DNA of 63,936 bases, the filler included, from Craspedostauros australis (Eukaryota), in assembly GCA_030167865.1 (NCBI GenBank). It is 9 parts of 9 records of this genome, joined end to end, with 100 filler letters (N's around TTAATTAATTAA, not from the genome) between each part and the next. Parts side by side here need not be neighbours in the genome. Positions count along the whole stretch, not along the records: positions 48,970 to 53,566 come from JALAGF010004776.1; positions 53,667 to 61,104 come from JALAGF010004777.1; 7 more parts are not named here. One strand, 5' to 3'. The notes beneath the pieces are model-generated. The model did not search any database. It was not told where the DNA came from and saw only the letters and a program-made list of their open reading frames with translations. A program made the position numbers and the translations under genes. Below are positions 48,870 through 59,771 of the stretch, in pieces. Each line of letters begins with the position of its first letter. Within the stretch, counting starts at the first letter, position 1.

Positions 48870-51520
48870 NNNNNNNNNNNNNNNNNNNNNNNNNNNNNNN
48901 NNNNNNNNNNNNNTTAATTAATTAANNNNNNNNNNNNNNNNNNNNNNNNNNNNNNNNNNNNNNNNNNNNGCGCATCACCAGTCATCGACGCGCAGCACGG
49001 CGCAGCGCACCACAGAACGGCATGGACAACACAGGAGGATGGTCACAAGGTGCTTTGTACCATCCACTCTTTCCTTTGTGGGAAGGTCACAGTCATTCTA
49101 CATTCTGTGTAAGCTATGACTACAAGCAGCAGAGAAACAGGAGGAACTCGTTTGAGATGNNNNNNNNNNNNNNNNNNNACTTTGTGAGGAGGATTTTGTG
49201 CCTCCGCTGTGTCGTTGTGGAATGGATTCGCAATTCGGGACTCGCAAAGTGTTCTCATTGATGGGCGCATTCGGTAGAATTGTGGTTGATCTCCATGGCC
49301 CCCAACAGCAAAAACTGGTTGAGAACACCAAACACAACACAACAACACGACAATGGAGAAACACAACAAAACTCCACAAACGCCATCAAACGGCATCGAC
49401 GGCACTGTCACAACCAGCGGTCCAGTGCAAGATCTGAGCACATAGGCGGAACCGCCATGGAAAGCTTGGTGGACGAGCGAGAGCGGGATGTCATCTTGGC
49501 TTATTTGGGGCCGTGGCAGGCCCACGCGCACATGACACGATTCGGAGGAAAATCCGCTTGTTGGATACGGTCTCTGCCCGGAATGCACAGGCCATTCCAA
49601 CGACTATTGATGGGCAAGACGCATCCAGGAGGATGGTATGAAGGCTCCCACGAAGTTTGAGGGTCGGGGGTGGCCTGGAAGGCGCCCTCCGCAAGAAACA
49701 AGTTGAGGGCAAGAGTTTTTTGGTGGGTGGCGGCGGACACATCACGTGACTTCGCTGGTGATGGGTGTCATTGACAAGTCACCCAGATCGCCAAGCCACC
49801 CACTCAAGATGTGTTCAAAATCAACTCAGGGATCGGTTCATGAAGCGCCGGAAAAAACAAAGGTCTGGAAGAGGCTGCAGCCTGGGATGCACACAAAATG
49901 GTGTTTTTGGGGTGTCGCAAAAACTCCATGGTGGCATCAGCACATGGAGGTGTACCTTTGGAGGTATGAGCGCCCAACCCATTCTGAACACATCAGTGTG
50001 TCGCCAGAGAATGTTGGAACGCATGGGGAGCATGTGGAGGAGCTGCAAGGATTGTATCGACGAGATACGGATCCAAATACGAACGGCATCCGTGTCGGAA
50101 TCGGGTGTTCGAAAATTCTGCGTTTCAGTGCAGGGAGCCTTTGGGATATCCAATGCGCCCAGATTTTTCTGTCCTTCATGGAGTGGACAGATGGGGGGTA
50201 TCCGGAGCCAATGTGTTGCGCAGATTGTGAAAATGCCAGGGATGATAATGATGATCATGGGTGGTGAAGGTAGGGCAGCATGGTGCCATCGAGAATTTTT
50301 CCCACCCACAACCTGACTGACAGCAAGCCAAAAGGACATTAAAAATAAAGTCCATACAAATTTAACTTCGATATTCAGAATAAGCGATAGCCAAGCGTCC
50401 GAATGCACTGTCTAGTTTTAATTTTAAATGGTGCGTTGTTGAGATATAACATCATAAGCAGTTGTTTGGATGGTTTTGGGTGTGCTCTATTTTAGTCTAC
50501 TTTATCACGACTCATCACGAGTAAAACTCCACAACTAGTGCTATCGTGACCCATTTTACATTCTCTGCAGGTCGTAGTATGCGCACGAAGCTCGTATTTG
50601 CCCACATGATCGCCGCGAACAGAAAGGAGACAAAATGAACGAATACCTGATACTGGGATGGAGGTATCTCATTGAGCAACTCAGAGAAATGACGTCACAT
50701 GTTGATGTGGTGTTGCGACACACCCGCGGAGAGAAAAAAGAGTCTGTTGATGACGTGGTTGCGAGCGTGCAGCACTCGGGAAGGGAGTTTTGGGAACAAC
50801 AGGAACAGGGTTTACCGCAGCTTCCAACTTAACCCTTTACCGTTAATGACAGTCCCAACTCATGTCCCACAGCACACTCGTCCGAGCGGAGTAGTAGACG
50901 TTATCGGCACGAGTCTTGCGACACTCCATCGGAGAAATGGATGGGAACAACCCGTGCCATTGGTCCCCCACGCGCAAACAGAAGAGAGGCAATGTGAAGA
51001 ACACACACACAAACGAAACACAAACGACTCACTGACACACACACAAACGAATCACAAAAGCAATCGGATCAAAAGTGGAGAAATCAAGTTCCGAACCAAA
51101 ACACACACGGCAGCCATCGCCTGTCATTGTGGGATGCACCCACAATGAAGTTTTCTGTGCACCATCCACAACCATCAGGAACTTTCGCAACGGTAGGCGA
51201 AGGATCAATAACAACGACACAACAAGAGCAACAACAGTAACATCAGCATCGCGATACCCAAAGTATAGTCTTGAGGCAAGCATTCGACACGTGCACAAGT
51301 GCAAGCGCTTCCCCTCTTCATTGATCGGAATGCCAGTGACCAGAATGCCCTTGCTGACTTGAGGTGGTGCAGAGAGTTGGTCGCAGGCAGAGGACAGAGG
51401 ACAGAGGACAGAGGGTTGGGGTTGACTTTGGTGCTGGAAACCAGAGCGCACACGCACGAGTAGACGCAAACAGACACCACCACCAACAACAGCCACACCA
51501 TTCATCCAATAGTGGGCACC

Positions 51521-53558
51521 ATGGTCGGCATTACTCCCTCAGGCGGATCTCTGGACAACCAGTACCATCACAGAGTGCTCCAGGACCTCATCCGGGCGCT
51601 GCAGGATGATGAGCTCACCGACCTCACCCTGCAAGGATCCGACGATTCCTTGGTCCTGGCCAACCGATTCCTGCTGGGAGCACGGTCGCCGGTGTTCAAG
51701 CGAATGCTCTACGGATCCTTCCAGGAATCGAAGCAAACCATCATCTCCTTGCCGTACGAGCACGCAGTGCTGGAGGCCGTCGTGGAATGGTGCGGCTCGC
51801 ACGAGATCTCCACCTTCCGAGTGGGCTTGGGACGCAACGCCGCTTCGGCCAGACGTCTTGTGCAGCTGGTGCAGGCGGCGGACTTCTTGGAATTGACAGA
51901 GCTCGCTCGGCTGGTGACGCGGCTGACGCATGACCTCGCATCGAGGTACCCGCCGTTGGCCTGCGTCGTGTACGATCAAGTGGAGGATGTGGATCACTCG
52001 GCCGTCGGACAAGAGGCGATGCTCCTGTTGTACTGCCGTCCCTACGCCGCGCTGCCACCGTGCGGGGAGACGGATGGAGGTGTTGCGCAGCTGTCGGCCG
52101 AACGTCTCCACGGCCTCTTCTCCTCGAAGCACGTCCAGGCTGGCGAGTGGTTCCTGTTCCAGATGCTGCAGCAGTGGGTCGAGGCACAGCCCGACCCATC
52201 GCATGAGGATGTCGTCGAGGTCGCGAGGGCCTGTGCTGCTGAGATCACTCTGGAATGGATCGAACCGCAGGACCTGCTGGGTGCGGTCCTCAAGAGCCAA
52301 TGGATCGCTCCCGACCTCATCACGGCCGCCATCACCCAGCAGGCGCTCAAGGCGTCGCAAGACAGGGTCTGGACGCTTTCATGTCGAGGACCGACCGTGG
52401 AACGCATCCTCGTGGAAGGGGCGGGACATGCCAATGCCAACGGCATCTACTACAGAATACCCGGGCTGGCGAACGGGCAGCTGTACTCCAAACGAGAGGT
52501 CGCCTGCGGTCAGCAATTCGTCTACACGCTCAGTTGCAAGCAGCTCAATCGCAAGAAGGTGGAATGCCGAATCTTCTCCAGCAAGCTCCTGACCCAAGAC
52601 GGTGTGAGGAAGATCATGGACCTAGATGATGAAGACGATGAGAACCCCCGGCAGTACCCCTTCCGTCCGCTGCTGCAGGTCATCCGTTGCGAGACGGTCA
52701 TCACGGACGCCACGCCAACCTACATGTCCACGGGTCCATCAGCATCGCTGGAGCGTCGCAAGAAGAGGAAGCTGCAAGTGAGTCGGCGTTGCTGCTCATG
52801 TCGCTGTTGCATGCGTGGATTGTGTCATCGTCGTTGTTGTTGCTGCTGCTGCTGCTACTACTGCCGCCGTCGTGATTGCTTTGAGTTGCACTCTACCTGC
52901 GGGCACTCCACTCCATACAACACCCAATGCATGATACATGATACATGATGGACTCCAACTCTCATTCTCACACACTCCGATTACCAAAACGTCAACAAAT
53001 ACACAGATCCTGTTGGTTTCCGACGGCGAACACTTCATCACGGCGACCATGGCGCCGAAGCTGAGGAACAGCAACAGATCCAGCGACATCGGTCTCAACA
53101 GTCTCATCAAGCTGCTGTCATACGAAAAGTACATCCTGCAGGGCAAGGTGGCGATCCGAATCCACAAAGTATCGCTCGTCAGCCAGGATCCGGGGCACCA
53201 GTTCGGCCATCCCATCGATTACTACGACGATGATCATCCCGCCATGCATGGGTCCGAGCACGCGGATGGCACGGACTCACCGGTCATCACAGAGACATCG
53301 GTGGAATCGCACATCGGTGCACAGCTCCAGCTGCAGCAGAGCCTGTCGCAAGATCCGCCCAGCGACTTGAGCGAGTCGGAGGAGAGCCTTTACTTCTCCG
53401 AAGAATCCTTGATCAGCCTCTACTCGTGCCAATACGCTGTCAGCCACGCGCCTGTGGATTCGAAGATCCCGCGGCAAGGCTGGAAGGTTGACAGTGATGG
53501 GAATGCGCCGACACCATTCTGCCGTTGGATACCAGCTGCCAAGGATGCCGAGGCATGA
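51521..53558 (+). CDS. BTB/POZ-BACK protein with a C-terminal domain containing an RPA70N-like OB fold, 2 exons, ~602 aa
   Basis: Exons 51521-52777 and 53007-53558 (GTGAGT...CACAG, phase 0). BTB LTDLTLQGSD..VLANRFLLGARSPVFKRMLYGSFQE; BACK-like EWFLFQMLQQW; ILVEGAG..ANGIY; RPLLQVI...ILLVSDGEHFITATM...NSLIKL..Y...FGHP; IPRQGWKVDSDGNAPTP. Confidence 0.88.
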
Positions 53559-54383
53559 GCTGCCGANNNNNNNNNNNNNNNNNNNNNNNNNNNNNNNNNN
53601 NNNNNNNNNNTTAATTAATTAANNNNNNNNNNNNNNNNNNNNNNNNNNNNNNNNNNNNNNNNNNNNGGTGAAGTCATGGCCCCATTCATCATGATGGCGA
53701 TGGAGATGGCGCATGTGCAGAATTCGTCGTTGCAGCCGAGGGTCCTGCCGACGACAGTGGAACGATGATCAAGAGTATCTCCGGTTGCAACGATGAGGCA
53801 ACTCGTGGGGTCGTGGCGGCTGAAGAAGCCGAGGCCCGATTCAACAGCATCAAGGACGGTGATGGTGTGAATGATCTGCTGGCCAGAACCGTGAAGAACG
53901 GCGCGAGACTGCTCACTGGTGCGGAGAATGCATGCCGAGGAACCTTTGCTTCGGGATTGCGCACGGTGAAAACAACAAGGTCGGAGACAACTTCTTCATC
54001 AAAAAGTCTACGTGCCGTGCACGGCCGGCTCCTCATGCCGTCAATGTGCACGTAAAGAAGTGTGCAGCGAGAACAGCACATTGGCCTACATAACGACTTG
54101 TGACGCAACGTGAACACAAAAAACTCGAGAGAGAGAGAGAGAGAGCTTTCTATTCTGCTTATGGCCACCTAAGTTATGAATACACTTCCATCTTGCTTCA
54201 ACTATTTGCACTACGCAGCCAGAGAATTGAGAGTATTTTGCAGGCCGCGCAGTCGCCGAAGGGTTCGTGTGAATTCCAAATGCTCCCCGCCTCAGCCAGT
54301 CCTTCTCTTCCAGCTGCGCCTGTCCCAAATGTTTTTGCACAATACTATAGCTAAGTTTGTCCTGCGGAACCTCCGCCACCTCT

Positions 54384-57300
54384 TCAAGACATGTCTGTCA
54401 ATACTGATAGATCGTCATCGTCATCATCACCATTGGCATGGCCTTCAACAGTTTCATGGATGGCGTAGGACTTCTCCCTTTGCCTGGCTCTTGACTTCAA
54501 ACCGTCGCTCCTCAATCCAGTGCTCGTGACAGTTGGAACCACAGTTGCCTCTGGAGTACGAACAGTCACAAGATCAAAGCAGGCATCCAATCTCTGCGGA
54601 TCCATAAGCGCGACTGTTTGAGCAATGACGCCGTCGCTCTTTCGTGCGTGGCGCACAAGATCTTCATCGATGTGATCTCCGCGCCGCTGTCGCAGGTCCT
54701 CGCATTTGGTGACGGCGCCCCAAGCCTCGTAGAATTCTGCGGCGCGTGTGAAGTAATGGCGGATGAGGTTGGATGTTCTGTCCCGAGCATCGCGCGTGCT
54801 AATTCGTAAGAAGGCCTCACCGGCCATCTCGCACGCCAGGCCGGCTTCGTGGATATGGTTTCTCGATCTGGCCTTCTCGATCGCTTCGTCGTAACATGCT
54901 TGGACGTACGTGGGCGTTCGTGGGCCCATCTTGATGGCCTTCATTTCTGCTCGCAATAGGAGGTAATGGTGACGCACGTTGTTGCCTTTTGTTTCGCACA
55001 TTTGCTTGAGTATGTGCTTTTGCTTTCGGAGGATCGAGATGTACTTCCTTTGTTTCGTCTGATGATAACGGTTCGATGCCATCAGACCGCCCAATTGGGG
55101 TATGGATGATGCCACGGAGTACGCGAGGTCGCTCACCTTGGCGTTGTCCACAAGGTGGAACAGGACCTCGGCAAACTCGAACTTGCGGAAGAAGACCGCA
55201 AGGTGTAACCGGCTCCAGTGCGCGGTGTTTTGGAGGTACGGATCGCCACCTTCGAACTGTTTGAGGTTGCCAAGTTCATCCCAATCTAGCTTGAGGATGC
55301 CAGCCATGTACCTGGGGGCAAGGACGTACTCTGGCATGAGCTTGGAGTGGGCCTCGATCTTGTAGATGGTGAATTGTTGCAAGGCAGAATCGACAGCGGA
55401 TGATAAGCCGTCCAACGGGTATCCCTCCATGTATGCATAAATGAGACTTGAAAAATGAGACACGATGCCTATCTCAAAGTCACCACTCGACATGGCGGCT
55501 TTGTATGCCTCTTGAAAGTCAGAGCTGATCTCCGCAGGCTCCTTCGTGTATGGGTCGATGTAGATGGCCGCAACGTTGTAAACCAACGCGCGGATTCGTG
55601 TCCCGTCAACCTTGTGAATGGCCTTCTTTGCGAGTTCGATGTATCTTCGTGCGTTGGAATACTCCCCGAGAACAAGATGAAGCATTGCGAACATGGCCAG
55701 TCCTTGGCAGGAGCCTTCGCAGATGCCTTGTGCTCGAGTGATCTGGACCATCTGAACCGTGGACAGCACCCACGTGAGGGTGGATTGACACACGTAGCTC
55801 CGCACCGCGATTTGTTGCAGGAATCCGATGGATTGGATTGTGGCGGGATCTGTTGTCACGGGGCATCGGCTGAAGAACTCGTCGTCACTTGTTTGTCCAA
55901 AATAGGATCTTGCCGACATCAGTTGCCATACCGATCTGGCCAGGAACCCGCGCTTGGGATACACGTTGCACAGCTGGGCGCTGGCTTGGCTCATCTCAAG
56001 CGCGCGCTTGTGCTTGTCCTGTCTTGCCAAGGCATCCGCCATGGAGTGGTAGGTGGCAAGCTTGTGTGAAATGCACTGGGCATGCTGCAAGAGTTCGTCG
56101 CTCAACGAAAACCCCAGCTCGAAATTGCCAACAGCCAACTCAAGATCTGCTCTCGAACGAATCAAGCGCAGTGTGAGCTCGTATTGATATTTCCATGGGT
56201 TGCCATGGGCCTTCTTCAATTGCTCTGTCGCGATTTGCAGATATTTGGCGGCTGGGATGAGAGCGGCGATCTTCAACGCGTGCTCGCCGACTTCCAGATT
56301 CTGCTTGGCGGCCTGCAGATGATCCTTCGTTCGTGCCAAATTCAGATATTCCATGGCGACAAAAAGCAGGGCACCATCATCCGTGGCTGCACGGGACGTT
56401 GCAAGAGCGGCTCCGTCCCCTTTCTCGGAAGACTGGGTACCATCTGTGGACGCTGCACATATGTTCCACAGACATTGGCCGATGCGCAGTTGGAGCTTGA
56501 TGCGGATCTCGCCGAAGGGTACGAGACTCCGGGCCGCCTGCTGGACGCGATCATGCGCAAAGGAGTACGTAGTGCCTCCGATCGAGTTGTGCAGCATGCT
56601 TTCCAGCACCGCTTGTTCGAGCCATTCGACGACCGGAATGTCGTCATCGGGGATGTTTGGGGAGGATCTGAGGTTGCTTTCATCGTTGCCAAGGATATCT
56701 TCTGTGCCGCGGTTGTATCGGACTTCATAGTCCTGCAGCATCTGAAGCAGGCCTGAGTCGAAGGATGATCCGATGTACGATGCGAGTGCCAAGAGCTTTT
56801 GCAATGGACGAGGCAAGGATCGAATCCTGGATGTCAGGAGATAGGTGATGCCGTGCGGTCCTGTTGCCATCAATCCCCCATTCCCACTTGTGTTCGAATG
56901 GGAGTCATCTTGGAATTTCCATTGGGAGGAGATGGCATCGTATGCCAAGCCATGCGTGCGCTCCATCTCTCGCAACAGATGGATGGCGTGAAAGATATTG
57001 CCGCCAGTCTGTTGGTACAAATGCTCGGTGAGTCGACCGACGAACGCATCATGATCGCTGTGATCTGCGCCCCCAAGCTGGAGGAGATTCGACACCCAGT
57101 CGTAGAGCTCTTGCGGAGAAAAATCCGCGAGATGGATGCTGGTGTATGGCATGGGAGCGTTTCTCGTCTTGGCTCTGAGCTCTGTCGGAACGTCTTCCCG
57201 AGACGATGACTGACGGATGTCATTCAGAAGCTTCATGAACGGGAGAGTAGCATTCGGCTCCAGCAGCTCGCCCGGTGAGTGAGGATTGGTCTCTTGACGG

Positions 57301-58271
57301 ATGGTGCCGATCAAAAGTAGGTGAGGCCGGTGCAGGATGGTGGATACCAGATCCATGCTCTCCTGCGACGCCCACTGCAGATCGTCGAGCACCATCACCA
57401 ATGGACATTCCTTGGTCGATATGATTCTGAGGAATTGCGTGAACGTGTACTGGAGCCTGTTCCACGATGTCTCGGTGGAGAAGTCGGTCGGAGGTTTTGG
57501 AGCCGTCGCGCCTTGATTCTTCGCTTCGGCCGCCACATCACTGGCGCTGTTCAATAGGATGGACAGGGCCGGGATGAAGGAAATGAGGAGATCCTTTTGC
57601 TGCGATGTCATCCAGCTCGATTTGACTCTTCGACGCAGACGTTGAAGCTCCGTCGCCGTCTTGCTCTTGCTGTCTTTGTGCCCATCGGCATCGCTGATTG
57701 CGGCCAATCTCCCCGAACCAACCGTGAGGGTGGCAGCTTGGGACTCTAATTCGGCGCACCAGGCCGAGAATGCCTGCGTGATGGCGGCGAAGGGATTGTT
57801 TCGTTGGGATTCTTCAAACTTGCCCTTGATGATGATAATCTTGTGCCCGTCCCCTGATTGTTCGCAAAGCTGGGAACAGAACGCATCCACGAGCTTTGAC
57901 TTGCCCGTCCCGCTGGCACCCCATACAAACACAGCCGGAACCCAAGGCTCGGCGTCACTCTTGTTTACGTCGCATGGGGGCGTTGCCGGAGATGTCAGCT
58001 TCAGTACCTCGCCTCCATCGGGCGCCTTGCCGCCTCCATTCTGCGCCATCACTCGATAGAAAACATGACGCATCGTCCTCAATTCTTTTTGCCTCCCATG
58101 AAATCCACCCGCAAAGCAGCCGTCCTTGAAGAACGTAGTGGTGGGGTCGATGAGGTCGCCATCACATTGGTAGTCACCATCTGATGTGGACGTGCACGTG
58201 GACAGGGAACTCTCCAGGTGAGGACTTGGTTGGCCCGGAGTGTCGTCATGCACCGACGCTGTGGCGAGCAT
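54384..58271 (-). CDS. STAND-class (COG3899/AAA_16-type) P-loop ATPase with a helical TPR-like C-terminus, 1295 aa, single exon
   Basis: FHGRQKEL, Walker A GASGTGKSKLV, GKFEE..PFAAI, Walker B VMVLDDLQWA, LLIGTIR, TGGNIFH, RIRSLP..LALASYIG, YSFAHDRVQQAA. Confidence 0.9.
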   Translation of the reverse strand: MLATASVHDDTPGQPSPHLESSLSTCTSTSDGDYQCDGDLIDPTTTFFKDGCFAGGFHGRQKELRTMRHVFYRVMAQNGGGKAPDGGEVLKLTSPATPPCDVNKSDAEPWVPAVFVWGASGTGKSKLVDAFCSQLCEQSGDGHKIIIIKGKFEESQRNNPFAAITQAFSAWCAELESQAATLTVGSGRLAAISDADGHKDSKSKTATELQRLRRRVKSSWMTSQQKDLLISFIPALSILLNSASDVAAEAKNQGATAPKPPTDFSTETSWNRLQYTFTQFLRIISTKECPLVMVLDDLQWASQESMDLVSTILHRPHLLLIGTIRQETNPHSPGELLEPNATLPFMKLLNDIRQSSSREDVPTELRAKTRNAPMPYTSIHLADFSPQELYDWVSNLLQLGGADHSDHDAFVGRLTEHLYQQTGGNIFHAIHLLREMERTHGLAYDAISSQWKFQDDSHSNTSGNGGLMATGPHGITYLLTSRIRSLPRPLQKLLALASYIGSSFDSGLLQMLQDYEVRYNRGTEDILGNDESNLRSSPNIPDDDIPVVEWLEQAVLESMLHNSIGGTTYSFAHDRVQQAARSLVPFGEIRIKLQLRIGQCLWNICAASTDGTQSSEKGDGAALATSRAATDDGALLFVAMEYLNLARTKDHLQAAKQNLEVGEHALKIAALIPAAKYLQIATEQLKKAHGNPWKYQYELTLRLIRSRADLELAVGNFELGFSLSDELLQHAQCISHKLATYHSMADALARQDKHKRALEMSQASAQLCNVYPKRGFLARSVWQLMSARSYFGQTSDDEFFSRCPVTTDPATIQSIGFLQQIAVRSYVCQSTLTWVLSTVQMVQITRAQGICEGSCQGLAMFAMLHLVLGEYSNARRYIELAKKAIHKVDGTRIRALVYNVAAIYIDPYTKEPAEISSDFQEAYKAAMSSGDFEIGIVSHFSSLIYAYMEGYPLDGLSSAVDSALQQFTIYKIEAHSKLMPEYVLAPRYMAGILKLDWDELGNLKQFEGGDPYLQNTAHWSRLHLAVFFRKFEFAEVLFHLVDNAKVSDLAYSVASSIPQLGGLMASNRYHQTKQRKYISILRKQKHILKQMCETKGNNVRHHYLLLRAEMKAIKMGPRTPTYVQACYDEAIEKARSRNHIHEAGLACEMAGEAFLRISTRDARDRTSNLIRHYFTRAAEFYEAWGAVTKCEDLRQRRGDHIDEDLVRHARKSDGVIAQTVALMDPQRLDACFDLVTVRTPEATVVPTVTSTGLRSDGLKSRARQREKSYAIHETVEGHANGDDDDDDLSVLTDMS

Positions 58272-59771
58272 CCTGTACGATCCTGTGTTCGACTTCTTGG
58301 GCTGTGCACAGCGTCTCTCGTGCTTGTTGGATTGGTTCGTCGATCAATGATTGGTCAATGATTTCAGCTGCACTAATATTTTATGGAATGTGGTGGCAGA
58401 CATGTCGGGCTGTGTGGATGGATGTGCATTCGAGTACTACTCTTGTATCGAGTATGGTGGTAGGTCCTCGTATGGTCGAGTGTGCATGACTACCTGTGTG
58501 TTCGCACCATACTAGGACGCTTGGTTCTGCTCATGATGTTTCTTCAACGCCGCGGCAACAAGGTACACTTGAGGATGAAAAAGTGGTGGATTGGTGACGT
58601 GGTGGTGATCAATGTGTCGTCTTCTGTCAGTGGGTGTCGATCCCATAGTCGTGGGTTGGTGAACTGTGGACCATACTTGCGATGGCTCTTTGATCATGGC
58701 TGGGGTCATGAGCGTGGACAAGTTTCATTGCGGATGTGTCCACAGTGAGTGTTTCCCGCTTGTTGGCGCAACCTTCATGTGGGGGCGTGTCGCACCCTTG
58801 TCTCCGAGCAAGCGTTCGGGATTGGTTAAGGGATTGTTTGTGGTCCCTGGAAGGAGAGGACAGTTGATGGCTGACAACGAACACCATTGACTATGTCTAC
58901 ATAGTGATTGTTCCACCCATTGAATTTGCATTGAAATAGTACGTGGCCCGTGGATTGGATGGAGCACCACGCTTCGGAGGTCACTTTGTGAAGTGTCGCA
59001 GAATTGGTGAGAGCCGCCGTCTATTTGGCACACGGCAAAGGTTTGTGAAGTAATAGAGCCCAAACGTAATGGCTGTTGTCTTGTTGGCTGTTCTTTAGCT
59101 GTAGGCAGAGGCTTGACTGGCAAGCGATCCGGANNNNNNNNNNNNNNNNNNNNNNNNNNNNNNNNAGAATACTGGTAGATGGTGAAGAAACGTGCGGATT
59201 ATGAGATTAGTGCTATGGTTCTTCTCTTCGAGGGGAATCTCCTGTGATGTCCTGTATGACAGTGCGTGTGGGTTGTGTAGCCCAAGTACCGTGGGTTGAG
59301 ATCCGTCGTCTGGGTTCTGTGAGAGACAATGGGCGATGATGCTCGTTGTTGTGGCTTTGGTTCCGTGCGTCGGCGTTTTGGCGATGGTGGGTGTCAGAAA
59401 CTTGGTTATCGGAACCCCATTGGTTCCCTGACACGAATTCCGAAGATCCGCTTCAAGGTTCTGGATCTGTCTCCAAACGTGGGGTTCGGCGAAGTGTCCG
59501 TTCGACCTACTGGAATGCTGACGAGTCGGATGATTCGTAGTCTCTCTCGCTAAGGTGGTTACTAGTTTAGCTCTATTATGAAGGAAACGAACCTCGCACG
59601 AGCGGTACCACCCACCACTCCGAACGGTTGCGGCAGGCACGTAGCATGCTCGTAGTACACCGTTGTGCTCATACAGTCATCATCGACACCATCTCACCGT
59701 TGGGCATATCTTCTTCGTGGAGGTGTGGATAGGTTGGCGACGACTGATTCGATGATCGATGCTTGTACCTC

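Noticed and set aside
48970..50450. Overlapping 170-195-aa ORFs as genes
   Set aside because: No recognisable domain, and ORFs in several frames on both strands; probably repeat-derived, left uncalled.
52778..52948. Poly-Cys C-terminus of the BTB ORF (also poly-Cys at ~61505)
   Set aside because: It is a TGC/TGT microsatellite inside a GT-AG intron.
53667..54168. Short ORFs on both strands after the linker
   Set aside because: The + frame is closed by TGA at 53669 and neither strand shows a motif.
58480..59640. LTR/PBS or TE ORF between the STAND gene and the SPF45-like gene
   Set aside because: TGGTT-starting motifs could not be matched to a tRNA end; no LTR pair or TE protein motif seen.
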